In this document: one piece after another, positions 63,256 through 64,000 of the stretch
Numbering within the stretch: position 1 is the first letter of the stretch
Layout of the letters: each line of letters begins with the position of its first letter
Source: Anthoceros angustus
Taxonomy: Eukaryota > Plantae > Anthocerotophyta
Assembly: GCA_010909165.1 (NCBI GenBank)
Contig: VJWM01000108.1
Location: forward strand, 62,001 to 126,000
DNA: 64,000 nt
Reading direction: 5' to 3'
Position numbers and translations under genes: made by a program
Notes under the pieces: generated by a model
Told to the model about the DNA's origin: nothing
The model's database searches: none
Seen by the model: only the letters and a program-made list of their open reading frames with translations

Positions 63256-63493
63256 TTAAGTAGATCCATTTTAGAAGCTACTAAGAAACAATTTAGTGCA
63301 AAACTATAATGCAAAAAAATAAGCTGCCAAGAAATAAACAGAGTGCTAGAAGTTCTTGCCTTAGGAGCTGCTAAAAGGGCAAAGTGACAAAGTTCTTTAG
63401 CTTCAGCTCTCATCAAAGCTTGATGGTTTCTCGCAGCCCGTGTGATTGAGAAGCATTGTCTTCAAGCAACGTGCTTACTCCTTGTCCCCTTCT

Positions 63494-63623
63494 TTACTTG
63501 GCTTACTTTCTCGAGGGGTAATCTCGCACCGAAGAGCCTTCGTTTAGGTGTATAGCTCTTTACTTTACTTACTTTCTCGGGGGGTAATCTCACACTGAAG
63601 AGCCTTCATTTAGGTGCATAGCC
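63494..63623. repeat. Two tandem ~65-bp copies
   Basis: TTACTTTCTCG.GGGGTAATCTC.CAC.GAAGAGCCTTC.TTTAGGTG occurs twice. Confidence 0.8.
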
Positions 63624-64000
63624 TTTATAAAGTCTTCAATCCATGAGTTCAGCGTTATTAAGCTTGATATTGTGAAGAATGCACCATGCATATGAGGTTT
63701 GCATAAGGTACTTTGGCTTTGCCTTCCATGGCTTTCTTTCTATAATTCCCTGGACACATTTCAGCTACCTAAAGGCTGCTTCGATCACTATACGCGTGGA
63801 CGATTGCTTGAAGTTGTACAAACCTCCCTTTGCACTCAACCTCCAACTAGGCAATGCGGTTAACAACTAAGGCATGTATATATCAGGGTACCCTGCGAAC
63901 AAGGTCTCATGTGGCTTAATGTCAAGATCCTCTTTCCATAGACGAGCTCGAGATGCAAGATTTTTTTCACTTTTTAAAACGACAAAGGCTTGTTTTAAGG

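Overview
Eukaryotic nuclear DNA, most likely a non-seed land plant. This is inferred from short GT-AG introns, a 10-exon plant-type aldehyde oxidase, a DUF538 protein, a plastid-type LETM1-like protein and the TE complement. Four frameshift-free host genes (3x RanBP2-zinc-finger protein, LETM1-like, DUF538, aldehyde oxidase) lie among dense, nested and mostly degenerate transposable elements: Ty3/gypsy remnants, at least six pieces of a CRE-like non-LTR retrotransposon family, a Harbinger-like element, hAT remnants, a hAT MITE, and a PHD-integrase element with an odd A-internal-B-A-B repeat layout. The standout is a ~9.3 kb TIR-bounded DNA transposon (9009-18325). It carries a Sola-like DDE transposase on the + strand and, divergently on the - strand, a prokaryote-type gene with a ParB-like domain and a beta-class amino (m6A/m4C) DNA methyltransferase. 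Three tandem duplications have indel-rich second copies, so many frameshifts in the repeats may be long-read assembly errors. No rRNA, tRNA or CRISPR array was recognised. All family calls come from motifs recognised by eye; no database search was run.
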